Source of the DNA: Nemertoderma westbladi
Taxonomy: Eukaryota; Animalia; Xenacoelomorpha
Direction: 5' to 3'
Length of the DNA stretch: 64,000 nucleotides
Assembly: GCA_032718475.1 (NCBI GenBank)
Contig: JAUCBJ010004774.1
Coordinates: 1 to 64,000, forward strand
Made by a program: the position numbers and the translations under genes. Shown here in pieces: positions 27,801 to 39,800 of this stretch. Below the pieces are notes generated by a model that was given only the letters and a program-made list of their open reading frames with translations, made no database searches and was not told the origin of the DNA. Position 1 is the stretch's first letter; the number at the start of each line of letters is the position of its first letter.

Positions 27801-30800
27801 AAAATGAAATAAAATAAGTCACTACTTTAATATAATAATATGCATTAGTTCAATTTACCATCTAATGAAAGTATTCTTACCTTTACATATATTATAAACT
27901 ATTACAATAAATTCTTACACTTATCTGGAAACACAGGTCTACCTGTAAATAATATATGAGCCTAAATGTATATATAACTTTTGTTGGGCACAGCTTTGGC
28001 AAAGTCGGCAATGACGTCCAGGTGGGATCGAACTGGTGACCTCTGGGTTGGAAGTCTGAAACTCTAACCATTCAGCAAGCGGCTTGGGGTAAAAGGTTGA
28101 CCCGGAAATACCCCCTTGTATGGCAGACCTTGTATGTCCGCAATTAACCTCCTCATGGCCTCCCATCTGTCAATAACACCATATGCTGCCACTGTGCTCA
28201 ACCCTACAGTACTTGTATATAGATATACTCATACTCAAATCTAGTACCTGTATATAGATATACTCTCCAATCTTACGGCCACATCTTGGTCTGCTCTGGG
28301 ATAAATGAATTTGTTGACCACATGGACTACCCCATTACTCGCCTGCTGATCAAAGGTAACTATTGGCGACCCGCTGGCAGTAATGACATTTATATCGGTG
28401 TAAAGGTTTGTTCGTATTTTCTGCAGAAATATAACAAAACCTAATTATATATTCTTACAATTTATTATTAACTGTTTCGTATTAATGGAATAATTGTTAA
28501 AATCGTCTATCTAGAAATAAAGTGAAATGTTTATCCAACGGTAATCATCAAAAATGTTAATGTTTAATGACTCGCGGAGGCCACGAATATTATTTCTCCA
28601 CAAACATAAACCTCCCGTGATGTGAAAATACCAGGTTTTAAATTATTTGTTGAATTTTATTGCAATTTATTATGACGAATTTGTATTTTCTTAAACTTCT
28701 CTTTATGGATAGATAGATAGATAGATTTATTTATACATTATGTAAAAACAATAACAAATACACCAAACAATGTACCGGTATAAAGGTATTGTCCAACATA
28801 ACATATAGGATTACCCCTAAAGCTTTGCAGCTTATTTCCAAGGGGGTCCTTTATGTTACTTGGTTACAAATACAATATTACACTACGCTAACCTAAAACC
28901 AATATAAAACGTAATTACACTATGTACATGTACAACTTTACCGAGAGCGTGACAATGCCCGACTCAACGATAAAGATGTAATGTACAGAACAATTTATTA
29001 TAAAACGTAATTACAGTATAAATAGTAAATAATTAATAAACTAATAACTTACTGTAGGACTATTGTACCTATTTTTACATTGCACACGGAGATGAGATTT
29101 AACTGCAGATTTAAAAGAATGTTGATTATTTAGGTTTTTAATTTCATTAGGCAGAGCGTTCCAATTTTTTATGCCGTTAAAAAAGAAAGTATCAGATTCA
29201 AAGGATTTACAATTCGGGAGGTAGAAGTTTGAAGCACTAGCTCTGGTACTGTAAGAGTGTGTATCGCGTACTCTGTTGAATTTTTGTTTTAGGTAATTGG
29301 GACATTTACCATTATACACTTTATGCACATGGTTAAGGTGTAGCTGCTTAACTCTACTATCTAAGTTAAGTAGTCCAGATTCAGAAAAGTCATCTGGAGT
29401 TAGGTGGTGCCTAGGTTTGTAGTCTTTAATAAATCGTACTACTTTATTCTGAGCTACTTGTAATTTACATTTAAGCTGTTTGGTTAAGCCTTCATACCAA
29501 GAAGAGCACGCATAGTCCATGTGACACTGTATTAAAGAAGAGCAAAGTAACTTGCGGGAGTCGGTGTTCAAACTATTTTTATTTCTGTATAGAAACCTAA
29601 GCCTACTGTTAACTTTCGAGAAAATATTTTTCACTGTACTTTCTCCTGATAAGCAGTTATCCAATGTGGCGCCTAAATATTTAACTTCCTTTTTATTTTC
29701 AATCTTATGTCCATTACTAGTGACTTCAAACTTAGTTACCTTCTTTAACTTTCTTTTGGAACCAAACAAAATACTTTCAGTTTTACCGTAGTGAATGGAT
29801 AGCTTATTATCAACCAACCACTCATTACAGGATTCTAGAACTGCACTTAACTTTTGGGAAATATGGATAGGATCTTTATGAGAGAAAATAAGAGCACTGT
29901 CGTCGGCATATAAAATCAGTTTAAAATCGGGATCTATACTACTTATCATATCATTTACATAGCATACAAAAAGCAGAGGACCTAATATACTACCTTGCGG
30001 TACACCACAGGTAATCTCTTGTACAGTAGACAGCGATTTGCTAATGACTACAGTTTGACCTCTGTCTGACAGGTAGGACTTGAACCAGTCTATAGAACCT
30101 ACACCCATCAGGCCTAACTTACCAAGCAGAATTTCGTGATCTACAGTATCGAAAGCCTTTTGTAGGTCCAACATTACCATACCAGTATATAAACCCTTTG
30201 CGTTATTACATCTAATTGTATCAGTTAAGTTAATAAGGCAGGTGTCTGTAGAATATGATTTACGAAAACCGGACTGAAGTTCATAGATCAGATTTAGCCT
30301 ACTAAGATGTGCTTCCAGCTGTAGAAAAACAGAACGTTCTAGAATTTTAGATACAATACTTAAGATACTAACAGGTCTGTAATTACAGGGTTCTACTTTA
30401 CTATTCTTTTTATACAGAGGAACAACCTTAGCTAATTTCAGTTCGTCTGGTACTACATTATCTACGATAGAGTAATTAATAATAAAAGTAATAGGCACTT
30501 TAAGTACTTCAGCACCATCCTTAAGAAAACGGGCAGGTATTAGATCTAGACCGGTACTTTTTGAGGCTGATAGGCTAAGTAGATTTTTAAAAACGAAATC
30601 CTCAGAAACGGGTTTTAAAAATAACTTTTCTGAATTTTGTAACTTTTCTAAATAAAAATTTTTTAGAGTTTCGGACCCTATACTATATTTATTACTTGAT
30701 AACGGTAATTTCTTAACTAAATTAGAGGCAACATTAGTAAAATAATTATTAAATAAATTACTAACTAGAGTATGATCATGAATCAGCTCACCGTTATCTT

Positions 30801-33800
30801 GCAGAACAATATTCGATTTAGATTTAAGGTTTTTATAACCTAAAGATTTTAGGGTAGACCATAGACTTTTAGGATTATCTTTATTCTCACTTATTTTGTT
30901 GTACAAATATTCAGATTTAGCTTTTTTTATTTCCCGTTGGACAAGGTTTATAGCTCTTTATAGCTCATATTTCAGAAACTCTGATGTACTTGAGTTGGGA
31001 AATTCTAACGCTCTATATTGACATCGACACTTCCTTCACCGTCTGCTGATAGGTCTACGCTATACCTGTATATATATATATACATATCTGACACATGAAT
31101 CATATATACATAATTAACCCAAAAACACCACCAATATTATATTATGAATCATTTACAAAGGTCAGTTTATTCTCAATTAAATTGGGCTTCTTCCTAAAAT
31201 ATTTCCAACTCTGGTTTATTGTTTTGGTTCCTTTCAATGTAACCTGCTTCCTTACTAAACACAAAAATTACTAAAATTATATTTCATATAATATATTATA
31301 CACATACTACTTGACCATCGAGACTAGGAATCAGACCTTCGTCCTTAATGTCAGCCTTAACGATTTTCATTGTAGAGGCATGGAATGATAGCGTATCTTC
31401 TAATAATACAGGGTCGCCGGTTATAGCAGCTAGAAGATCCTGAAAGATCAAAACGATTTCAGAATTAATATGAACCGAGATAATTTTACTAAAAAAGACA
31501 GAAGAGTCTAACTAATTCAAACAGACTAACCTTGTTCATATTGGCTAGAGCGTCGTTGTTTGGTACAAATAAAGTGATTGTCTTGTCATTCTGCAGTTTC
31601 TGTTTTATTGTGGGACATTTGTCTAAAAGGCTCGCAAATTGTGGTCCCAATTTCACCGCCAGATCGTAAACGGTATTGGAGTCCTTGACGACGGATTTCG
31701 CCTCGACTAATTCAACCCATGGTACGACATCCGGTTGATTCTTCAACCCAAAGGTTGCAGCAACAAGGAGACACAGAACCAGTGCACTTATTTGCATAAC
31801 CATATTAGTGCTGAGGTGGTTGAACTTGTTTAATTAATTAATTTATAATAATTTAATATCACAATTTTAGTAAACGTACACTATTTAACCCTATTTTAGA
31901 GATACATTTTGCACTCTATAATCGTAGATTAAATCAACCTTTCTAAATTAATTACTGACTTCATACTTTACTAATGAAATAATCGTTTAGCTCTCTATCG
32001 GACGCATTTTGTATCAAATGAGAAATTGAAAACTGAAATTTATTATTTAATCAAATATGGATATTCAATATAAAATAAAAGAATAATATAATTATTACAA
32101 GAAGGTACTTTTGTTTAGATAAGTAAAATAGAGTTCAAACAATGGATGGTGTTTTCCCTGAGTAAATAAAACCACAGTTTAGATATCTCTCTCTCTGGTA
32201 CTTTTTATCCCACAATTCCCCAATCGATCTTTTCATATCAATGTTTACCAGTACAAAGTTAACCACACACTGCTAATCTTTAGCTTATAATTGCTATACA
32301 GTACTACGTCAGTTCTATAAATAAGTGTTACTATAGTATCTATTGGTGGGGTTTTGGTCAGAGGTCTGTATCAAATGTCAGTTTTAAACTTTAACCTGTA
32401 ATGTAACGGCTTGTAACGGCTTGTATACAGCTTGTTACGGTTGCTTTTAGTTCCAGTGCTTTATTCAATTTAGAGGGGGTCTCAAATTATATTTATCTCG
32501 TGCACCAAAACGCTTAATCTGGCCCTGTTCAGTTCAATAAGAACTGTATTAGGAATTAGGTTGCTGAACCTTAAGCTGTGGGTAACGAAAGTCTTATTAC
32601 AGTATTATTATACTACTGACTTAGTTGTAAGAGACAGGCTGACTTAGTGGTACGTCATAAAACTTGCAATAATAATTACTGATGTTTATCATTTTCAGAT
32701 GGATGCTGTTCTGACTGGAGCTACATTGTCTTCGGGAGAATTATTTGGCGAATCAGCTGTCAGTAGTCAAGCAATCAGAACGGACGCTGTATCTCAGGTT
32801 AGGGTAATTATTATATGGCGGATCAGCTGTCAGTAGAGTCAGCCAATCAGAACAGAGGCTGTATCTCAGGTTAGGGTAATTATTATATGGCGAATCAGCT
32901 GTCAGTAGTCAGCCAATCAGAACAGAGGCTGTATCTCAGGTTAGGGTAATTATTATATGGCGGATCAGCTGTCAGTAGAGTCAGCCAATCAGAACAGAGG
33001 CTGTATCTCAGGTTAGGGTAATTATTATATGGCGAATCAGCTGTCAGTAGTCAGCCAATCAGAACAGAGGCTGTATCTCAGGTTAGGGTAATTATTATAT
33101 GGCGGATCAGCTGTCAGTAGAGTCAGCCAATCAGAACAGAGGCTGTATCTCAGGTTAGGGTAATTATTATATGGCGAATCAGCTGTCAGTAGTCAGCCAA
33201 ACAGAACAGAGGCTGTATCTCAGGTAAGGGTAATTATTATATGGATGTAAACGCTACGCCGACAGCCGACAACCACTGCCATCAACAGCAAATATGAAAA
33301 TGTAACCTGAGTTCGTGACTCTCGCTTATTGTTTTGGTTAGAATAACCTTCCACTGTAACCTGTTCCTTTCCTTCAATTAATAAATAACATTAATTAGCT
33401 TTAATAATGGTTGTCGGCGTTGGTTGTCAGTAGTCGGTTGTCGGCGTAGCGTTTACACCCTTATTATATGGCGAATCAGCTGTCAGTTATAAAGTAAACA
33501 GAATCGAGGTTGTATCCTGTATCTTAGGATAGGCTAATTATTATAGGGCGAATCAGCTGCCAGTAGGCAGCCAATCAGAACAGAGGCCTACATACCAGTG
33601 TGAACTTCCATTACCACAACTGTTTTTGAAAATGAAACTTTTTAATATTGGTTTGTGGGGCGAGACACGTAGTCGGCGAGCCTTGGCATACGGTTCATAT
33701 AGGGCAAATGGGGCATGTCCGTCTGTCTGTCTGTCTGTCCGTCCGTCTGTCTGGTAAATGTTTGAACGCGAATTTCTCGGCATCGCTCGTTCGGAATTGA

Positions 33801-36800
33801 ACCAAACTTAGTAGGTAAGTAGTAGAGAGAAAGTTTAGAAAGTTTGTAAAGTTTGGTGAAAAATCATGCAGTCTGACGTCAGCTACGACAGATTATGTGG
33901 TTTTTAGAAAATGTTAAATTTCTCGGGAAGGCCTCATTTTCCTGAGCTGAAATTTTGGTGGCCTGTAGAGAATCATGAAGTCTATCTTTTACGAAATTGA
34001 AAAGTTAAGACATTTAATTGGGGATCCGCTAGAGACTCAGAAGTAATGACATAGGCCTACCGGTACGGTACTGCTGTACAGTGCTGCACTGGTAAGTACG
34101 AAATTGCAGAATAACAATTTGACACCACCTAGCGGATTAACATATGATTGTATATCGAATGAATACATTTATACTGTAGCATGGGATATTGGGTCCAAAC
34201 TAGACATACCCCATTTGCTCTATATGAACCGTATGCCAAGGCTTGCCGACTACGTGCTTCGCGAAGTCCCCACGAACGTGTTGTTTTATAGTGGTACTTT
34301 TATTTAATTGTCAAGCAATGAAGTAAAAACCTTACCGGTAGGTATGCAGTACAAATGAAACAGTAAAAAAGCAACTGACCTGTAGACGTTGCTGCCGTCT
34401 TGCCGTCTTGATGCTGTCTAACGCGTTCAATCAAGTGCTGGATGGTATGTCCAACATATTCCCCCTTACAAGAGGGACAAGAGAAAGAATAAACGACGTT
34501 AGACGCAAGAATATCTGGAACCGGATGTTTCAATGATGGTAGTGATTGGCGCAGTTTGGCAGTTGTGTAAACAAACCGCACTGGCCGTGTGCAAGACCTT
34601 GGTACTAGACCACGCAACCTACAAACAAAAAGTTCGGTGGCCCAACCGCGGTACTCAAACTTACAGATAATGGGCCTGGGATTTTCCGACGGTTCCGGCT
34701 CCACCGGGTCAATGACCTCGGTGGGTGTAACCGCAGTCACCTCGCTCTCACTACTATTGCCAGGACGCCCCCTAGCGGCACGGACGGCGGTAAGCTCACG
34801 CTGAATCATCGCATTTGTATATTGGTTATTGCTAAGAATAATATTAGCTTCCCCAATTGCAGTATTGAGCTGGGAGCCATCCCCGCCCTTACTGACGTTA
34901 AAAACGTTAAATTTGTTGTTTTAGTTGTTAAAATACAAGTAAATTTTATTTCTAGGATATTTTTGTTTAAGATCATCGGCATCAAATGAAAACATAAAAA
35001 TTTCACTTAGAATATATATAATTATTAGCGAATAATTATTTATTAATTTACAGCAATCTGTTGACCTTGGAGATTTTGCTTCTGTTGTTTGTATTAAAGA
35101 TTTTTCCACCTGTCGAGGTTTCGTTGTGATGTTTTGGTGTAAAATTGACGCAGGTCAGGGGACTACTTCAGATGCTTATTTTATCTCCAGCGGTAAGTCC
35201 ATTGTTATAGGCCTACAGTATTACAATAATAATGGCTTATTCATACGCTTGCACTTATTTCACGACACATTATTAGCCAACCACTGGCGGTGGTTGCAGG
35301 AAATAATTAACATTCAATTCACAAGTCCATCACACAAATATTTTTCTACACAAACATACAAGTAATATGTTTTCTTCCATTTTTTTTTATTAGGAATGCA
35401 ATTTTGTGGTACAAGTTTCTGCAATGGGACAATACAAATTGGACCGACAACCCCCCCCCCCCCACCCCCAAATTCACTACAAATCCGAATGAGATCCTCC
35501 CCCTCCCTAGTGGGTGAACCAAAATTTTTATTCTCTGTTTCATTCTTTAGCTTCAAGCGTTTGAAAAAGGTGTCTCCGACGATATTGTACCAGTTTCATT
35601 TGTTACGGGATTAACCTTAAGACACTTTATTACCTACAGAAACCAAATCTGAGGTGTTATGTCACATCAGATAAGGTATTAATCATTCATGCCTCACCCG
35701 GGCGCGGGGTCACGCTTCATTCATGTCTCAAGGCGTGGGGTCACATCGTCCACTTTTTACACCTACAGTAGGAATTGGGTTACACCTCATTACACAGCCT
35801 TACCTGGACGGGGGTCGCGCTTCATTCATTCATTTTCATTTATGTCTCTTTATTAAGTCTTAATTTATATCTCAGTATATTACAATATTATGTGTATAAT
35901 ATCGAGTCTATTCAAGCACTAATTTATAATATCATTTGCAATTATAATTATTTTATTAATGCAGTGAAAACGAGAATGCAAATGTGAAAGAATTGTACGA
36001 GCTGATAATATAAATCTTCAAATAATTTCCTATACATATCTCAGTATCACAATATTTTCAAAATTCTTTACTTATTTCAATCTTCTACTGTAGTCCATCA
36101 TACAAAATGTAATGGCAATTAGAACAACCCCCCTAACTCCCCCCCCCTCCCTTTGGCAGCAGCAATTACTAGCCTTGCTATCTGCAATGGTGCCTTCCCT
36201 CATTATCAACTAGTGTTATTACGCACAATATACTATACAGTAATTATACTTATACTTATAATATATAATATTTGTGCCTATTTATATTATATTAACTTGA
36301 TAATACTAAACGGGAAAATAAACAGTAAAACAGTAAATCAAAGTGGGAAAATCTGTTAGCACCCCGATTGTATGCCAAACCCCAAAGGTCAACTTACAAT
36401 CAGGGAGGCTGCTAAAGGAACCGAGAGAAAGCCGCCCCAATATTAGATTATTACAACAACATATCCATTGGGTAAGAAAGTGGAGGAGAGCCAGCCCGTC
36501 TCTTAATTTTTTACTTTATATTACGCGATCAATTTTCACTCATCTCGTCATGAACCCAACATGTATGTAAACTTTTGTTAAATTTGTTGGCTATGCGTTT
36601 GCGGTTGTTTGGGCGGAGTGTGGTAGGCCTACACTTTTCACACTTAAATATTTTGGTTGTGAAATGTTACAGGGCATAGCTATCTGAGATATTTCATTTA
36701 TATTTTATTATGAGAGTGTGACGGGATCCAGGAAGGATCCCGATTTATCCGGTTGTTTAATTCACTCGTCCCCGCCGTGTGCATGAAAGGTAAAAGGGAA

Positions 36801-39800
36801 TCCGTGTCGTTCGTTGTATATAATAACTGATATAGATATAGGGTATATAGATATAGGTGTACGGATAATGTTGTCGTATACAGAAGGCGGGATACGGTAA
36901 TTAAAGTCCCGGTCCTTCCCTAGCTAAACTAACTAACCTAAACTAGCACCAATATTACACTGAGATAACTGAACTGATATGATTACTGCCAAGTGGCTAT
37001 ATTGCACGGTTGGCCTTGTTACTCTACCTAACCGATGCCTTTCCCCCCTCTGATTGGTTGATACCCTTGTTGGCGCCCTTTGGAGTGTTTCCGTTCACTC
37101 CACCTGTTCTCTCTGGGTTAGGGGTTTGGCCCCTGACCCTCATTGTGTGTTTCCTTCCCATTTTGTTGGGGTGGCACGAGTTGGTTGATTACCCAATCTC
37201 GTGGCTCCCAATATTGCTTATCGGCTTAACTTTATGGGGTGTTAGCGGGATTGAATAAGCTAACACTCCCCCCCATGCTATCTTCCCGGTGAGAAGATAG
37301 CATCCACCTTAAGTGCGCTACAATCCCGCTGGATCCCGATCTAGTATCTGGTGTGGGGTGGAATTCTTTTCTCTCGGAGCCGGCTTTCCAGGCCGCTCCC
37401 TATGGGTATGATAACGCTACCCTGTATGCCTGGCATCTCATGTCGGGCCGATCGCGCTCACCTCTCACGCGACTTTTGTTTCCCCAACACTTTTGCCCTA
37501 TCTCTTCTCCACTCTCACCCTAACTCTCTCATACCCTCGGACCTCCTCGTCCCTCACTCAGCCTCTTATTCTCCCCCCCCCCACACACTAGAATTGCGTC
37601 CGCACTCTCTCCGCACTTCGCACTATTTGCTCTGTTCCTCAACCCCACTTCGATTGCCTCATCCCTTCTGACGAATCCCCCCCCCCCCCCCTCTTGTGCC
37701 GTCGCACTCAAGAAGCGTGAAATTGTCTGGTGTCTCGTCCATAGTGCCATAGTCAGTTATCCCCCCAGTCCCAGTAGCTAATTGAGAAAGGTTGTATGAC
37801 TATAGTACTTACTCCGAACGTATATTTGTAGATTACTAATTACTACGTACGTACATACAAATTGCACTTATATGATTATTTGCATTAATTAAATTTGTAC
37901 TTAATAGTTCGTACGTCCCACGCGGCGCCTTCCAGGCGTACCACGTCCAAGTCTCAGTTTCTCTCCCTCGGCTCTGGGAACCTATCTGTTCCTCTGGGCA
38001 TAGTTCCCCCTGGCGTCCTCTTCCCTGGGTCGTTTCTTGGTTACCACCGCTCCTCTGGGATCCGCTTTCTGCTTTCGGACCTTCGCCGCCACCTCCCTGC
38101 TGATTCCGGCTGTTGGCTCCTTGGGCGCTGGTGTTATTAATGCCCGATATCGCTTCGCCGGTGGCCCCTCAGAGTGGCCCTGTTGTCTCCCTCTGGTGGC
38201 GTCCCATAGGATCATCTTCATGGCTTGCGGTACGTGCTCCGCCAAGAAATCCCTAAACTCCCCTCGGTTCTGTGGCGTCCACCTGTCCAAATATCTTTGT
38301 GTATTCATCACTCCGGCATACGACGCCGCTGTTGCTACCTCTTGATAGGTAAAGGGTAGCCTCCGCTTTATGATTTCCATGTGAGCCTCCTGATTGATAA
38401 GGAAGAAACCCCACTTGAACTCCTGGGCCTTCATGCGCTGGCGCGTCATGGCCCCGACGTCGGCCCACTCCTCGAATCTCCTGAACTTCTCTTCGTCGTC
38501 CATCCAGTCGCACTGGCGTCCGTAGTGTCCCCGAAAGTGGCACTTTGGACATCGGTTATGCAGTCGTGGACACGCCCCCATCCTGTGGCTTGGTTCTCGG
38601 CAGTAGAGACAAAAGGTTCCCTTTTGGAACTGGTACAGGCAGCTCCTTTCCTGGTGGGTCTGTCTCCCACAGTAGTCGCAACCGAGTACCAATGTCTCCC
38701 GCCCCATGTCGTCTCTCGTCCCAAGCGATCTCCGCGGTCTGTGGAGTCGCTGGTAGGCGAATTTCTCCACGTTGGTGTCCCTGTCTACGTCGATCTCTCC
38801 GCCCCTCTCGGGCATTGTCTCCCCGAATACTATCCGTGGTGCCGTCCCCGGTTGCTCGCCCAACCTGATAGTGCTCCCCGCGAAATCCATCGCCGGCTCC
38901 TCGTGCACCCAGGTCCGCTTGCCGGATCTGTTCCAGAAGGCCCTCGCCCCACTGGCCGTCACCACCCTTCCGCCAACCCAGTCCGTGTCCGAGTGGCCTA
39001 TCCTCTCGATGGGCGGCATCTCTCCGAACTCGTCGTCGTCCTCCTCCTCCTCTGGCAGTGGCTCCAACCCCGGTATCCCGATGGATCCACTATGTCCCTT
39101 CCCGCCTTGGCTCTCGCCCGTAGCTCTCCATCCCTCTAACTCCCTTAACTTCCTTGGCGGTTGGTCGCCTTCGGCGCCCGCTGGTATGGGCATCGCTTGC
39201 AACCCCGACGTCGACTGTTTCGGTGATCCCACTGTCCATCCCAGTTCTCGCCCTAGAGACTCCCCCGAACTCCCTGACGAAGTCCAATGAAGCTCGTCTA
39301 AGCCCGCCTGTTCCTCGAAGCCGTAACTCTGCGTCCTGGCCTCCTCTTCCCTCTCCTCTGCTTCTATCCTCTCCTGTCTAGCGACTTCTTCCAGTCGCTT
39401 TGCTTCTCGTCTATCCGTTTCTAGCTGCTCCCATCTCTGATACGGCGTATCTGTCTCCCCGTCTACCAGATGCCGGCTGTTGTAGTACACCGACTCGCCC
39501 TTCAGCCCCGGGTGGTCTACCAGACCGTCGAAGGCCATTTTAAAGGCTCTCCTGTAGCTTAGGGGTGATCCCGATAACAGAAATGCCCCTGGTTCCCTCT
39601 CGATAACCACGGTCATAAATAAGTTAAGCAAACTTATCATCATCCAATCTTCCTGCAGGATATATCGCTTCTGATATACCTTTATCGCTCCTCTGCGGAA
39701 TTGATATACCTCTTGCTTTCCCGGTCTCGCTCCCCACTTTATCGAGTTCGCTAGTTCTGCTCCGTATTCTTCCCTGAACTTCCCCCAGTCCATCGGTTTG

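Noticed and set aside
28010-28083. Functional tRNA gene
   Set aside because: The acceptor stem does not pair. It is better explained as a SINE head.
32798-33230. TTAGGG telomere-like motifs
   Set aside because: One hexamer per unit, derived from the splice donor GTTAGGGT; not a telomeric array.
37010-37258. Hydrophobic 82-aa ORF present in both LTRs (also 50559-50807)
   Set aside because: It has a TTG start, is antisense to the element, and its hydrophobicity follows from T-rich composition. Duplication is simply due to the LTRs.
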